This document shows positions 13,629-25,311 of a stretch of DNA of 64,000 bases, piece by piece (the first letter of the stretch is position 1; every line of letters begins with the position of its first letter). The stretch spans positions 15,748,001 to 15,812,000 of the forward strand of contig CP075492.1 of assembly GCA_021613535.1 (NCBI GenBank), written 5' to 3'. A program made the position numbers and the translations under genes. This DNA is from Adineta vaga (taxonomy: Eukaryota; Animalia; Rotifera). The notes under the pieces were generated by a model. That model had not been told where the DNA came from. It saw only the letters and a program-made list of their open reading frames with translations, and made no database searches.

Positions 13629-13871
13629 ATGCCTTGTTGTTCATCATCATGCCGTGTTAGCTGTGCTAGTTCATGCTGTGATCCATGTTGTGGCTCTGGT
13701 TGTGGTTCATGCTGTGGTTCCGGTTGTGGATCATGCTGCGTCGATTCTTGCTGTAGTCCTTGTGTTAAGAAAACTGTCGTTACTAAGACAGTGTGCTATC
13801 GACCCGTCGTCAAAGTTGTGAAGAAAACATGTGTCGTTCGTAAATGTTGCGTTGACCCTTGCTGCTGCTAA
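13629..13871 (+). CDS. Cys-rich small protein, copy 8 (80 aa)
   Basis: ATG at 13629 by homology; intact. Confidence 0.93.
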   Translation: MPCCSSSCRVSCASSCCDPCCGSGCGSCCGSGCGSCCVDSCCSPCVKKTVVTKTVCYRPVVKVVKKTCVVRKCCVDPCCC

Positions 13872-14649
13872 GATGGATATTCTTTTTTTCTCATTTTTCT
13901 ATAAACTGACTCAGAGTAGAATATAAAATAAACCCGGGGAAATAATATCGATGTTTTTTGGAGAGAAAAGTAAATGTATGAATTTCGTATGGACATACAA
14001 AAAGAAAAGAATATTTCTATTCTTATATGATCTTATGAATGTCTTTGGAAGTCTCAAGATTTCAGAATGATGGTATTAGCTGATCGTTTTGTAGCGAAGG
14101 TCTTATTTTCCGTTCAAGATGAAAGACTTTCATTTTATTTATCGCAAATGCTTGTTTTGCACTCCGAATCTAATCTCAACAAAGTACCTAACCATATAGC
14201 ATCCTCTTAGAGGAAAATTTTAATTTGCTTTTATGAAAAAAGAGATCAAGAACGGGATGAAAAACATAGCATGAGAAAATAGATTGAAATAAAATGAGTA
14301 AATCAATTCTAACTTACTTAATGATAAACAATTGTGATATTTTATTATCGGATAGGATACGTCTCATTATTAACCCATAGGTTTTTTATCAATTCTCATT
14401 TCTCTTCATCATATTCTTATTTTCAGAACTAAAAAACAGAGTTTCTTTCGTTGCAATTCGAATGTTCAATTTCTTCATATTCATTTGGATTCGCAGCTGT
14501 GAAGCATCAGGTAAATACTTTAGCTTATCAGAACTCTTAACCTTGAGATATGATCAATCAATTTAAATCATTTTCTTAATTTATCTAAGAATTTTAGTAT
14601 CATCGCAAAAAGTTTTCGAATGGTCAATCAAATAGAAAAAGAAAATAAT

Positions 14650-15545
14650 AAGAATATAAATGTTAAAAAGTTCAATTTTGAATTCTCATAATTCTTGTCA
14701 TTCGTTTTTCGTGTCTTGTTCGTGCACTTATATTTGCTCGATTAAATGTGTTAGATAGTTTTGTAAATATAGCATATAAAGCTAGTCCTTGTTTTGGCAT
14801 CATAACAGCAAATAAAAGAGCGATCATAAGTGCAATCGGTTGAAGACAAGCAAGTTCCTATCGTTTGTTTTTTAGTTAGAATTTCAAATGAAATAATTGA
14901 AAACTTACAAAATCTTTAGGATACATTACAGCAACTGTTGATTCAGTTGTTGCCGATGATACTGTTGCACCAGCTCGTGTTGTTAACTATTAAAATAATA
15001 ATAATAAATTAATCACGAAAAGGAAAAAGAATATTTTACTAATGTGTTAATACTAGTTGTTGATGTTGGTTTTGTTGTTACTGTTACTGTTGTAACTGGT
15101 GTTGTCGTCGTCGTTGTTGTTGATGAAACTGCTGGATTCCAAATGTTAAATACCCAAAAAGTTGGATCATTGATTGGTGCAGATTCAGGACTTTGAAATA
15201 GTTGTTTTTTAGTATAACTATTCCATTCTCAACTAATGTTATTAAAACACTATCACTTACCACACAATTCCGTTCCACTGGCAACACCTAAAATGAGGAT
15301 GATGATGTTGAAAATGACGATATTCAAACATACCACTATCCATGGTGCAACTGGAAAACGAATGATCATTCAGATAAGGATGAGAGATCTTTTCGGTTGT
15401 CAGTTTTACTAATCTCGATTTGATCGTTCAACAATAATTTCTGGTGAAAGAGTGCAACCACCAGGATTTGGATAGCCATAGAAAAGAAATTGCAGCGGAA
15501 CAGAAGTCATTGGAGTATTTGTTGTAACTGCTGCAGCCTTATAAA
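14650..15545 (-). pseudogene. Decayed single-pass membrane protein gene with a Thr-rich stalk
   Basis: Fragments SVPLQFLFYGYPNPGGCTLSPEII, PAVSSTTTTTTTPVTTVT and a hydrophobic segment IALMIALLFAVMM, separated by short introns, stops and frameshifts. Confidence 0.45.
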
Positions 15546-15704
15546 AATCTTGAGGGTGTGAATGAGTTTTCTTTATTAAAGCCTTCACTCACATTCATTC
15601 TCATCCAACACACAGATCGTCACCATCAACAAAAATACAACATTCAGAAGCGAGAGATTAGATAAATAGATTTGTTAGTTAATATTCGTTCATGTAATAG
15701 AAGA

Positions 15705-18700
15705 TCAAACTATGCGACGTCGAAATGCTTTCCATTTTCGTCGAATCATTGTGTTGAATTCTTTCTTGTATATTTCCGATGTTAATACAAAAATGAAAAA
15801 ATGAAGTACAGGTAGAATAAATGAAACAAAGTAACTAACCAAGAATAACTTATATTCTTTTGCTGATTTCATACAATTAGATAAAAAGGAAATAATTAGA
15901 CGTGGTAATGTTAAGGTAACCAAAAGAATCGAACTAAAAATCAGATTTTTATGACGAAATAATTGTCGTTTTAATTGTAGTTCAAAGTTAACTTGTCTTC
16001 TGGCTGTTGAACGTTGTTTTGCATTTAAAATAATAATACCAATTGTTAAAATAACATTTAGTGAAAAAGGAACAATAAAATGAAAAATATTGATAAATCT
16101 ATTATAGATTTCCAATTTAGATGTAAATTTAACTAAACACCATGTTCTTTGTTCTTCGATATCATCGACAAGATGACGATGAATTGGATCATGAAGAATA
16201 GATGTAGTGATCACAAGAGGAATAATGAATATAAGTGGTTTAGCATATTGTCGACTTTTTCTTTTATCAAAATGAACACCGAGAAACACAACGAGAAATC
16301 GTTCAATCGTCACAAACACATGATACCAATCAGTTGTAGCTAATAGAAATCGAAGAAGAAACTCAACTGGTACACAATTAAACCAAAGAATAGATCGTTG
16401 AGTGATCATTTGCATTTGTGAAAGAATCAAAATCCAGACTTTTGTGTAAAGAAAAATCATGATTAAAATCGATGTTATTGATGATGTAAATAGATAAAGA
16501 CCACAACCTATTTCTCGAGTGGATTTTACTTGAAATGTCAGGTTTGATAGAATGCCACTTATAAAACCAATAGTAACTAATAATGTAGCTAAAATTATAC
16601 TAATTTTAACAGGTAAAGATTGTTGATTAACACTTAAATGAGGATAAATATGATAACCCAAGATTGAATCAAGTGAAAGACCAAAATGTTTCGTTGTCAA
16701 TTGACATTTATCACCATAAAAACATTCTTGACAAACACATATTATTCTTGTTGGACAGTGCGGATGATCTTGAAAACAATGTGCATCATTTTCACAATTA
16801 TTGTAACCTAAACACTTGTAAGTTGTATTGTAATTAAAATGAAAACAATTGGCATATCTTTGTTCTGCACATAGACACATAAATGTATAATTGTCATGAA
16901 AACAGAGAAGATCAGAATATTTTTGACATAAAGTATGATAATATTTTACACGATGTAGAAATTGGTAATTAAAAATGATGTCATCCATCAGTTCTCGAAT
17001 ATGTAGACAACGTCGTAATGAAGAGATTTGTGTAGAAATAACAATTGAAGGTGTATAATTATGTTGAAGAGCAACAAGATAATACATTTGATCAAATTGA
17101 ACAAAAACAAGATGAAAAGGTAACGATATATTAATACTTAAAATCTTTTCATTTAATCGAATTTTTCTGAACATAGTTACTTGAATTGGTTCTGTTCTTA
17201 TACTGGATGCAACATTAATAAAGTGAACTAATGCAGATTGTGGAATTTCGACATTTGAAAATGAGATATCTATTTTCACATCTGTCTTTTCACAATATTT
17301 ACCAAAGAATCCATTTGAACAAATACATATAAATTTAGTTAATGAATATCGTGAATCGAATGGTACACAAATTCCTTTATTCATACATGTATTATTCATT
17401 TGACAGATTGACTTCAGATAACATCGTGGTCCTATTTTATTCAAAGGACAAAGACAGATTGATCGATTTTCTTTCATACCAACACAGATCGAGTCTGGTG
17501 AACAACTACATTTGTATTCAACCGTCAAAATCAATTTCGCACGATTTGAACATTGACAAGACTGGGTATGATCATTCATCAATAATTCTAAATATGTGTT
17601 ACTACATAATACAAGACAATCTTGTTCGGCTGGTATTATCAGTTGGAAACTCATACGATTGACAGGCATAAAAAGTAATTTCACGGGATATATCCAGCTT
17701 GTTAGATAAACTAGATTGACTTTGTCATATGCATCGATATAAATTGTATAATTCTTTGTCATATCTTTCGGTCGATTTTGATAGAGAAGGCGTATATTAT
17801 ATTTGGCATTACAATTAATTATAGGAATATATGTAATTTGTTCATAAGAATGAACAAAACCAGTATGATCAACGAGTCGAATAACAATACCGATTGCATT
17901 AAATTTTTCAAAAGTTGCTTGACGTAATCGAATGGTAAGACTAACAAGTTGATTTTGATATTGACAAAGATGACCATAATAATTCTCTGGACAAAGGCAT
18001 TGTTCGATTTCATGTTCACCAACAAGAATTACAAATCCTTTATTACATAACCATAATCTTGAATCATTAGTATGTCGAACAATAGACACTTTCTCAGTCT
18101 TTAATATGTCGTTGTATATCTGTCTATGATCTCTTGTTGACAATTGAGTTAGAGGAAAATTTTGTGATGATTTATGGGAGAATGGTGTGTTTCCATATAT
18201 ACTATTGTCTTCCATAGAATTAAGATAACGAAACATAGCTAAGTTCGTTTTATTAAATACACCACATGGTAGAGTTGTATCAATAAAATCATGACATTCT
18301 CGACAAGCACACATAGATCGGACACATTTTGTATCATTCCAACAACGATAACGATTTTGAGCATTCTCTGAATGTGGCGATATACAATGAGATCGCTCAT
18401 CTGTTGATCCACGACAATCAATTACTCCATCTTCAATATAATCTATATGTAAACAACCCATCGTATGATTTTTCGGTGATACACAAGGATGATGATTGGT
18501 AGGACATTTCCAAAATATTGAACAATTAAGTTCATCAATTCCTTTTGGACATTGCCATACTTCATTACAGTATGTATTTGAATTGATACATGGCCATAAT
18601 TCACAATGAGTTTCATCGGTTTCATTGTTAACAGGTAACATATTGACGCGTTTATTACAGATCGAGGAAAACGAAAGTTCTGAAATCTTTGTTATAATAT

Positions 18701-20327
18701 CATTTCGATTGAATTCATCTTCTCCGCCAATACATTGTTTTTGTCCATCGTTTACAAGAATAGATAACAAACATTTCCGTTCCGATGTACATGAAAAACG
18801 ATGATGCTTATTATTCAGTTCACACGATTCAACAAAACGCGACTCATCAAATCCATCATAACAATCTGATATTCCATCCATAATTCGACGTTGAGGTATA
18901 CATTTATTTGTTCCAGGACAACGCAACATTGTCGAATCATCACAAGTAGTCTCATTATCAGTTTGAAACAAATAATCACATGACTTAAATATTCGATACA
19001 TGTCTCCGATTGATGAAGAAATCGACTGATTTACATATAAACATGTATGATTGTCAAGTGTAAACATTGGACTCAGATGTGGACAAAGGTTTTTATCATA
19101 ACATATAAAATGCGGATCAGTTCCAAATACTCTAACAGATGTTTGGTTCGAAAAATAACCATATTTTACGTGACCATACCAGACTGAGAAATCAGGTGCA
19201 ATAAATGCCGATGGACATCGTTGACGAGTTTGCATTTTACATTCTTCTATATTATCGCACAAGTTCTTACAATATTGATCAAAATTCTTTAAGAACCACG
19301 AGTCTGACGCACACATCAAAGTTTTAAAACAGCGAAGATAATGTGTATCTGAGAAATTGTACCAATCACTTAGATAGTTATACATTCGATTTCGATTATT
19401 TGAGCATTTATAATGGTTTTGTGCCAGAAGCAAATTAAGACAGGTTCCATCTCCACAACTAAAGCCATTATCAAGTGAACATAGATTATCGTCACATTTA
19501 AATGATGAATCTCTTGTACATAATCTTACCAGATTAAGTTTCACTTCGTCTGATCCGTCCAAACATTCTGGACTATTGATATCAATAAGTTCGTCCAAAA
19601 GAAATTCTTCATCAATACACATGCCATTCCGACATTGATATTCATTTTCTTTACATGTATTCATTTCCAGTTCCAAGCAATATTTTTCATCTTCACCACC
19701 ATTAAGACAATCCACTTTACCATCGCATATTTCACGCCAATCAAGACAAATGAGAGATGGATGAACATCACATTTCATATGCATATAACAAGTAACTGTC
19801 GTATTTTTCTCAAATAAACTAATCCGGTCCTTTCTGAATTGTATAAAATATGAAAATGATTGATTTGAAATGAACCGATATTGACAAAACGGTCCAAACC
19901 ATGGCAAAGTACAATTGTAAAATACATCAGTTGATGAAGATTTGCTCACTTGCAGAAATTCTTCATAACGTTCAGCAACATCAATAGGACTCGACCATTC
20001 CATAAGATTCCAAGGGGTTATATTTCTCGCTTTTAATTCATCAAAAGTTAATCTAGATGATATTACTTTTTCATTGACATGTATTACTTTTTCCTTAATC
20101 GATCGAATACAATATTCAACACTTTGCTCAATTTTATATGATTTTTCCCCGTTCTCGACATTCTTCGTTATGGATGAATAGAAACAATCATGATCGAAAT
20201 CATTTGTCATCAAATCTGTATTATACAGATTGTAGAAAGGTTGTTCTGTGTTTAAATTAGAAACAATCCAGATATTACTGTTGATAACAATAGTATGAAA
20301 TAACAAAATATGCATCATGAATGTCAT
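15705..20327 (-). CDS. Intronless 1540-aa receptor: LDLa repeats + EGF-like domains + C-terminal class A 7TM GPCR
   Basis: LDLa motifs (CDGKVDCLNGGEDE, CYDGFDE), EGF motifs (CLCPENYYGHLC, CICSNGFFGKYC) and seven hydrophobic segments with an ERF motif. Confidence 0.92.
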   Translation of the reverse strand: MTFMMHILLFHTIVINSNIWIVSNLNTEQPFYNLYNTDLMTNDFDHDCFYSSITKNVENGEKSYKIEQSVEYCIRSIKEKVIHVNEKVISSRLTFDELKARNITPWNLMEWSSPIDVAERYEEFLQVSKSSSTDVFYNCTLPWFGPFCQYRFISNQSFSYFIQFRKDRISLFEKNTTVTCYMHMKCDVHPSLICLDWREICDGKVDCLNGGEDEKYCLELEMNTCKENEYQCRNGMCIDEEFLLDELIDINSPECLDGSDEVKLNLVRLCTRDSSFKCDDNLCSLDNGFSCGDGTCLNLLLAQNHYKCSNNRNRMYNYLSDWYNFSDTHYLRCFKTLMCASDSWFLKNFDQYCKNLCDNIEECKMQTRQRCPSAFIAPDFSVWYGHVKYGYFSNQTSVRVFGTDPHFICYDKNLCPHLSPMFTLDNHTCLYVNQSISSSIGDMYRIFKSCDYLFQTDNETTCDDSTMLRCPGTNKCIPQRRIMDGISDCYDGFDESRFVESCELNNKHHRFSCTSERKCLLSILVNDGQKQCIGGEDEFNRNDIITKISELSFSSICNKRVNMLPVNNETDETHCELWPCINSNTYCNEVWQCPKGIDELNCSIFWKCPTNHHPCVSPKNHTMGCLHIDYIEDGVIDCRGSTDERSHCISPHSENAQNRYRCWNDTKCVRSMCACRECHDFIDTTLPCGVFNKTNLAMFRYLNSMEDNSIYGNTPFSHKSSQNFPLTQLSTRDHRQIYNDILKTEKVSIVRHTNDSRLWLCNKGFVILVGEHEIEQCLCPENYYGHLCQYQNQLVSLTIRLRQATFEKFNAIGIVIRLVDHTGFVHSYEQITYIPIINCNAKYNIRLLYQNRPKDMTKNYTIYIDAYDKVNLVYLTSWIYPVKLLFMPVNRMSFQLIIPAEQDCLVLCSNTYLELLMNDHTQSCQCSNRAKLILTVEYKCSCSPDSICVGMKENRSICLCPLNKIGPRCYLKSICQMNNTCMNKGICVPFDSRYSLTKFICICSNGFFGKYCEKTDVKIDISFSNVEIPQSALVHFINVASSIRTEPIQVTMFRKIRLNEKILSINISLPFHLVFVQFDQMYYLVALQHNYTPSIVISTQISSLRRCLHIRELMDDIIFNYQFLHRVKYYHTLCQKYSDLLCFHDNYTFMCLCAEQRYANCFHFNYNTTYKCLGYNNCENDAHCFQDHPHCPTRIICVCQECFYGDKCQLTTKHFGLSLDSILGYHIYPHLSVNQQSLPVKISIILATLLVTIGFISGILSNLTFQVKSTREIGCGLYLFTSSITSILIMIFLYTKVWILILSQMQMITQRSILWFNCVPVEFLLRFLLATTDWYHVFVTIERFLVVFLGVHFDKRKSRQYAKPLIFIIPLVITTSILHDPIHRHLVDDIEEQRTWCLVKFTSKLEIYNRFINIFHFIVPFSLNVILTIGIIILNAKQRSTARRQVNFELQLKRQLFRHKNLIFSSILLVTLTLPRLIISFLSNCMKSAKEYKLFLVSYFVSFILPVLHFFIFVLTSEIYKKEFNTMIRRKWKAFRRRIV

Positions 20328-21557
20328 AAATCTGAAAAAGAACAGTGTATTCAGATCACAGAAGGACTGGATGTAACATCAGAATATCTTAAAAACAAAT
20401 TTAGTCAACACAACAGATTTTTACCTGAAAATTGTTCGCTAGATTAGTTAAAACACGAATGAATTAAACGTTTTTTTGCAATAATAACATAGTATGAAAG
20501 AGAAAAATTTAAATAAGCATTTTGTGCATGACTTATCCACATTATAAGCTTCTAAATCTAACAACAAATGTATCACCTGCCATTACATTTCTCGTTTTTT
20601 TTTCACTTAGAAAAGTATATATTTGTTTCATCATATAATATTCACAGTTTAGAGTTGCTGGCAACACAATTAGTCATGTATTCTCTTTTTTTTCATTGTG
20701 GAATATTGATTTAACAACTTGAATGTGGCTGTGAATATCTACAAGCACAAGAGATACAGTAGCATTTAACAAAGAGAAAGAAAAAGGAAAATAGAAAACG
20801 ACGATATAGGCAAAAGCATGATTAACATATGGAAGTACTAATATCAGTTAAACTTTACAACGTAAAGTTTGTGTTTCTACAAATATTTGAACTATTCACA
20901 GATGATATTTTCCTTTCACGAAAAAAACTACAAATTGTGATAAAAACATTAAATGTAAGCTTTCACCATCATGAACTTAATGATGTGATTGAGATTATCG
21001 TTGTTTTTTATTCTTCACAGATGAAATTCAAAAACATTGGAATAAATAAAATCTATCGGGCTATTCACTTCTACGCATCCGCGCATTATCTAAATGTTCA
21101 CTCAATATTGTACCTATGTATTCATATATTACATATGTTTCTCGATCTCTTTTTGTGTCATGTTAGTGTATTCACACAATTTAATGGTGTAACATTATTG
21201 TAATATAGAAGGTTACACTCAATATATTCCATTAGAAAAAATATCAAATGACTTTTACCCGTTTAGAGTTTTTGTGTCGAAGTAAACGTATAATGAAATT
21301 ACCATGCTTCAACACACAGTCCCCGATATTTCATGTATCAAATAAACCGTAACTTTTTTCTCATCATACGTATTTTTCATGACATATGTAAGTTAAGTAC
21401 CATCATAGTAGGGTACTGATAAATTGTTTTTCGTAACGAAAACCAACTTTCTTCATTGCTCTGTTCTCCTATATATAGACAGACGTTTCCTCATATTTTC
21501 ATCAGTCACTTCTCATCCTCCTCCAGTTCCAATTCACATCACACTACCAATCTCAAT

Positions 21558-21824
21558 ATGCCTTGTTGTTCATCATCATGTCGTGTCAGCTGTGCCAGCT
21601 CATGCTGTGATCCATGCTGTGGCTCTGGTTGTGGTTCATGTTGTGGCTCTGGCTGTGGCTCATGTTGCGGTTCCAGTTGTGGTTCATGTTGCGTTGATTC
21701 ATGCTGTAGTCCTTGTGTTAAGAAAACTGTCGTCACTAAGACAGTGTGCTATCGACCCGTTGTCAGGGTTGTGAAGAAAACATGCGTTGTTCGCAAATGT
21801 TGTGTCGATCCTTGCTGCTGCTAA
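21558..21824 (+). CDS. Cys-rich small protein, copy 9 (88 aa, three GS(G/S)CGSCC units)
   Basis: ATG at 21558 by homology; intact, with an in-frame repeat expansion. Confidence 0.93.
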   Translation: MPCCSSSCRVSCASSCCDPCCGSGCGSCCGSGCGSCCGSSCGSCCVDSCCSPCVKKTVVTKTVCYRPVVRVVKKTCVVRKCCVDPCCC

Positions 21825-22786
21825 GATGAACATTCTTTTTTTCTCATTTTTCTGTAAACTAACTCTCAATAGAATATAAAATAAAACCCGGGCAAAAACT
21901 ATTCAACTTGTTTATATATACAAATAGACATAGGTATTCGTTCAATTTGTTAAAATTGATTGTATGAATCTGATTCGTATAGCAATAAGACAAATATTTG
22001 TCAATGATCAAGTGTGGCAAGTAATATTTCAACAAATGAAATTTTCAAACTCTCTCTACCTAATTCAATCGAGAGACTCACATTTAATTGTTATCAATTT
22101 TCTTCGATGTACTTTGAACCTTTTATTTAAGTTTTGTGAACATACGAAATCATTTTTCGTGGGTGTTGAAAAATCATTAGATATGTTTTCTTTATCTCAT
22201 CGTCAAGATCATTCTTCAACCACAATGATGCAAAACTGATGATTTCATTCTCTATCATCTCTACACGTCTTTCCATACTGTCTTTGTGTCCATATATTGA
22301 ATAATTTTCTTAATACATTTCTGTGTTGCGTTACGGTTTTCCAGTAATTTGTTAATGTTACAACGTTGTACTATAGACCGTAAGATTCAATATTTTCCAC
22401 CAGAAAGTGTATCTAATAGATGACCTTTCCTTTTCAGAATTCTTGTGTTAAAGTTATTGTGTAGTCCAATTTCAATGTTTTGTTACACTATCATATTAGT
22501 GAAAGATATGGTATTGTTAATAGACATCAGGCGAAAGTTGTGCGTTATATACACTGATATTTAATTTATCAAATAAAGCGTAACTTTTTCTCATCAAATT
22601 TCTCCGTGACATTTGTATGTTAAGAACTATTATAACAGTGTAATAATTATTTGTTTTTGTCAAGTGAAAACAACCTTCTCCGTTGCTCTTTTCTCCTATA
22701 TATAGAGAGAGACGTATCCTCACAGTTTCATCAGTCATTTCTCATCGTTCTCTACTTTTACTCTACAGTACACTATCACTATCAAT

Positions 22787-23029
22787 ATGCCTTGTTGTTC
22801 ATCATCATGCCGTGTTAGCTGTGCCAGCTCATGCTGTGATCCATGCTGTGGCTCCGGATGTGGTTCATGTTGCGGTTCCGGTTGTGGTTCATGCTGCGTC
22901 GATTCCTGCTGTAGTCCTTGTGTTAAGAAAACTGTCGTCACTAAGACTGTTTGCTACCGACCAGTGGTCAAAGTTGTGAAGAAGACATGCGTCGTTCGCA
23001 AATGTTGTGTCGATCCTTGCTGCTGCTAA
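22787..23029 (+). CDS. Cys-rich small protein, copy 10 (80 aa; same protein as copy 8)
   Basis: Intact ORF. Confidence 0.93.
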   Translation: MPCCSSSCRVSCASSCCDPCCGSGCGSCCGSGCGSCCVDSCCSPCVKKTVVTKTVCYRPVVKVVKKTCVVRKCCVDPCCC

Positions 23030-23966
23030 GATGAACATTCTTTTTTTCTCATTTTTCTGTAAACTGACTTTACATTATATGAAATAAAACCTGGGCAAAA
23101 ACTATCAATATTGTTTTGTATCGACAAGTAGATATAGAAGTTTTATGAAAGGAACATTTGACGCTATGAAAAAACATCATGTCGTCGCATATATGAGCTA
23201 TAAGTATAAGTAATCTGATCAAGACTCTAATCGCCCAGTCTAATTATATGTTGTTTTTCTTGACAGTCTCTGAGATTGCAAACGAAACGGCCGAGTGTTT
23301 ACTTTTGCGGCTAGAGAACAAGTGTAAATTTGAATGAATCAGAGAGGTCCTTATCCTGATAATCAACTTCATTTTAACCTACACACGACAACATCGTTCA
23401 TTCTTCACATATGACACTCGAGTTGATTGGAATAAACAAAACATATCAGGGTATTCACTTCTGCGCGTCTTTGCATTATCCTCACACGTTCACTCAATGT
23501 TGTTCTTATATCTGCATATTGCATACGTTTCTCGAAGCTTTTTTTTGTTGTGTTATGGCATTCATATAATTTAATAACGTTACAATGTTGTACTACAGAC
23601 CGTAATTTGCATCAAATGACTTTTAACCTCTCAGAATTATTATGTTGAAGTTTCTGTAATTAAATTTCGATGTTTTGTCACACGATTGTACAAAATATCA
23701 GTGAAACATTATGTCATAGTAGCCGATATTTGATGTATTGCAGAAACCGAAACAAAACATATTTCTTTCTTCTCATATGTTTTTTTCTCTATAGTATGTG
23801 CATATTGAGTACCGTCATAACAGTGTAATAATTGTTTATTTGTCAACAAAAAATAATTTTCTTTGCTGCTCTGTCCAGTATATATAGAGAGACGTGTTCT
23901 CATACTTTCATCAATTACTTCTCATCCTCCTCCAGTTTTACTCTACAGTACATTATCACTATCAAT

Positions 23967-24221
23967 ATGCCTTGTTGTTCATCATCATGCCGTGTTAGCT
24001 GTGCCAGCTCATGCTGTGATCCATGCTGTGGCTCTGGTTGCGGCTCATGCTGTGGCCCATGCTGTGGTTCCAGTTGTGGTTCATGTTGCGTTGATTCATG
24101 CTGTAGTCCTTGTGTTAAGAAAACTGTCGTCACTAAGACTGTCTGCTATCGACCTGTCGTCAAAGTTGTGAAGAAAACATGCGTTGTTCGCAAATGTTGC
24201 GTCGATCCTTGCTGCTGCTAA
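23967..24221 (+). CDS. Cys-rich small protein, copy 11 (84 aa, extra CCGP unit)
   Basis: ATG at 23967 by homology; intact. Confidence 0.93.
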   Translation: MPCCSSSCRVSCASSCCDPCCGSGCGSCCGPCCGSSCGSCCVDSCCSPCVKKTVVTKTVCYRPVVKVVKKTCVVRKCCVDPCCC

Positions 24222-25311
24222 AACGAACATATTTTTCTCATTTTTCTGTAAACTGATTTACAATAGAATATAAAATAAAACCCGAGCAAGAGATATTCAC
24301 GTTGTTTTGTGAAAGGAATATAGTTTTTGTATGAATATGAGGATGGGAATGCCGTTTTGTTCGAGACTAGCATGTCTATCTCACATACATATATAAGGGT
24401 AAAGCTATGAAATAGTGAGGTGATTTTGTACAATTCAAATGCATATATCTCTAAACAGCTGAAAAAATTAACTATTTATATCTTTGTCTAAAGAAAGCTG
24501 TGATTCGAAAACATAGCGTGAGCGTCGCGACTTAGAGAGGGTATTTACGTTATCATAAAACTAATGGCTGTAAGCATAAACCAATCGTATCCTAGTTAAC
24601 CTTGCATTGGGACAGAAGATTACAGATAGAAAATAACGTTTTTATATTTTCCGTATACTATATTGATCATAAGCAATTTCAAAAATGACGTTCTACATAT
24701 GAGTGAGATAAAGTTTTCTCGATCCGTTAAAAAGCGATGTGACATAACAGTGTCATCATAAAGTAACTTTGATTTGTCATTTTTTAATGCTACGTATACA
24801 TTTAAATTCGTGATCTAGTATATCTTTTGTTTGCATTTGAAGAAGTTCGGCAAAAGTTCTATTTTTCCTGATTTTGCTAACGTACACTGAAGAGGTAATA
24901 CCCACATACATTCCTTGAGTCAATGTTGGTCTTTTGTGTCAGATGACTTCAACCCTGTCAGAATCGTTGTGTTAAACTTAATGTGTAATCAAATTTGGCT
25001 AATTTTCACACTATCATACAAACTAGAGGAAACTCGTAACTAATAGGCATGGGTGGAACGTTATGTCTGAGTGGCTGACATTTAAAATACCGAATAAAGC
25101 GTAATATTTTCGCATCATATATTTCTTCATGACATCTTCATGTTAAGTGCTACCATAACAGGACAATAATGAATTGCTTTTTTAGCAATGGAAAACAATT
25201 ATTTTCGCTGCTCTTTTCTTGTATATATATAGACAGACGTGTTTTTACAATTTCATCAATCATTTCTCATCGTCTTCTAGTTTTATTCTATAGTACATTA
25301 TTACTATCAAT

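Noticed and set aside
8853-24221. N-terminally extended versions of copies 5, 8, 9 and 11 in the ORF track
   Set aside because: The extensions start at or upstream of the TATA box with near-cognate codons and are not conserved.
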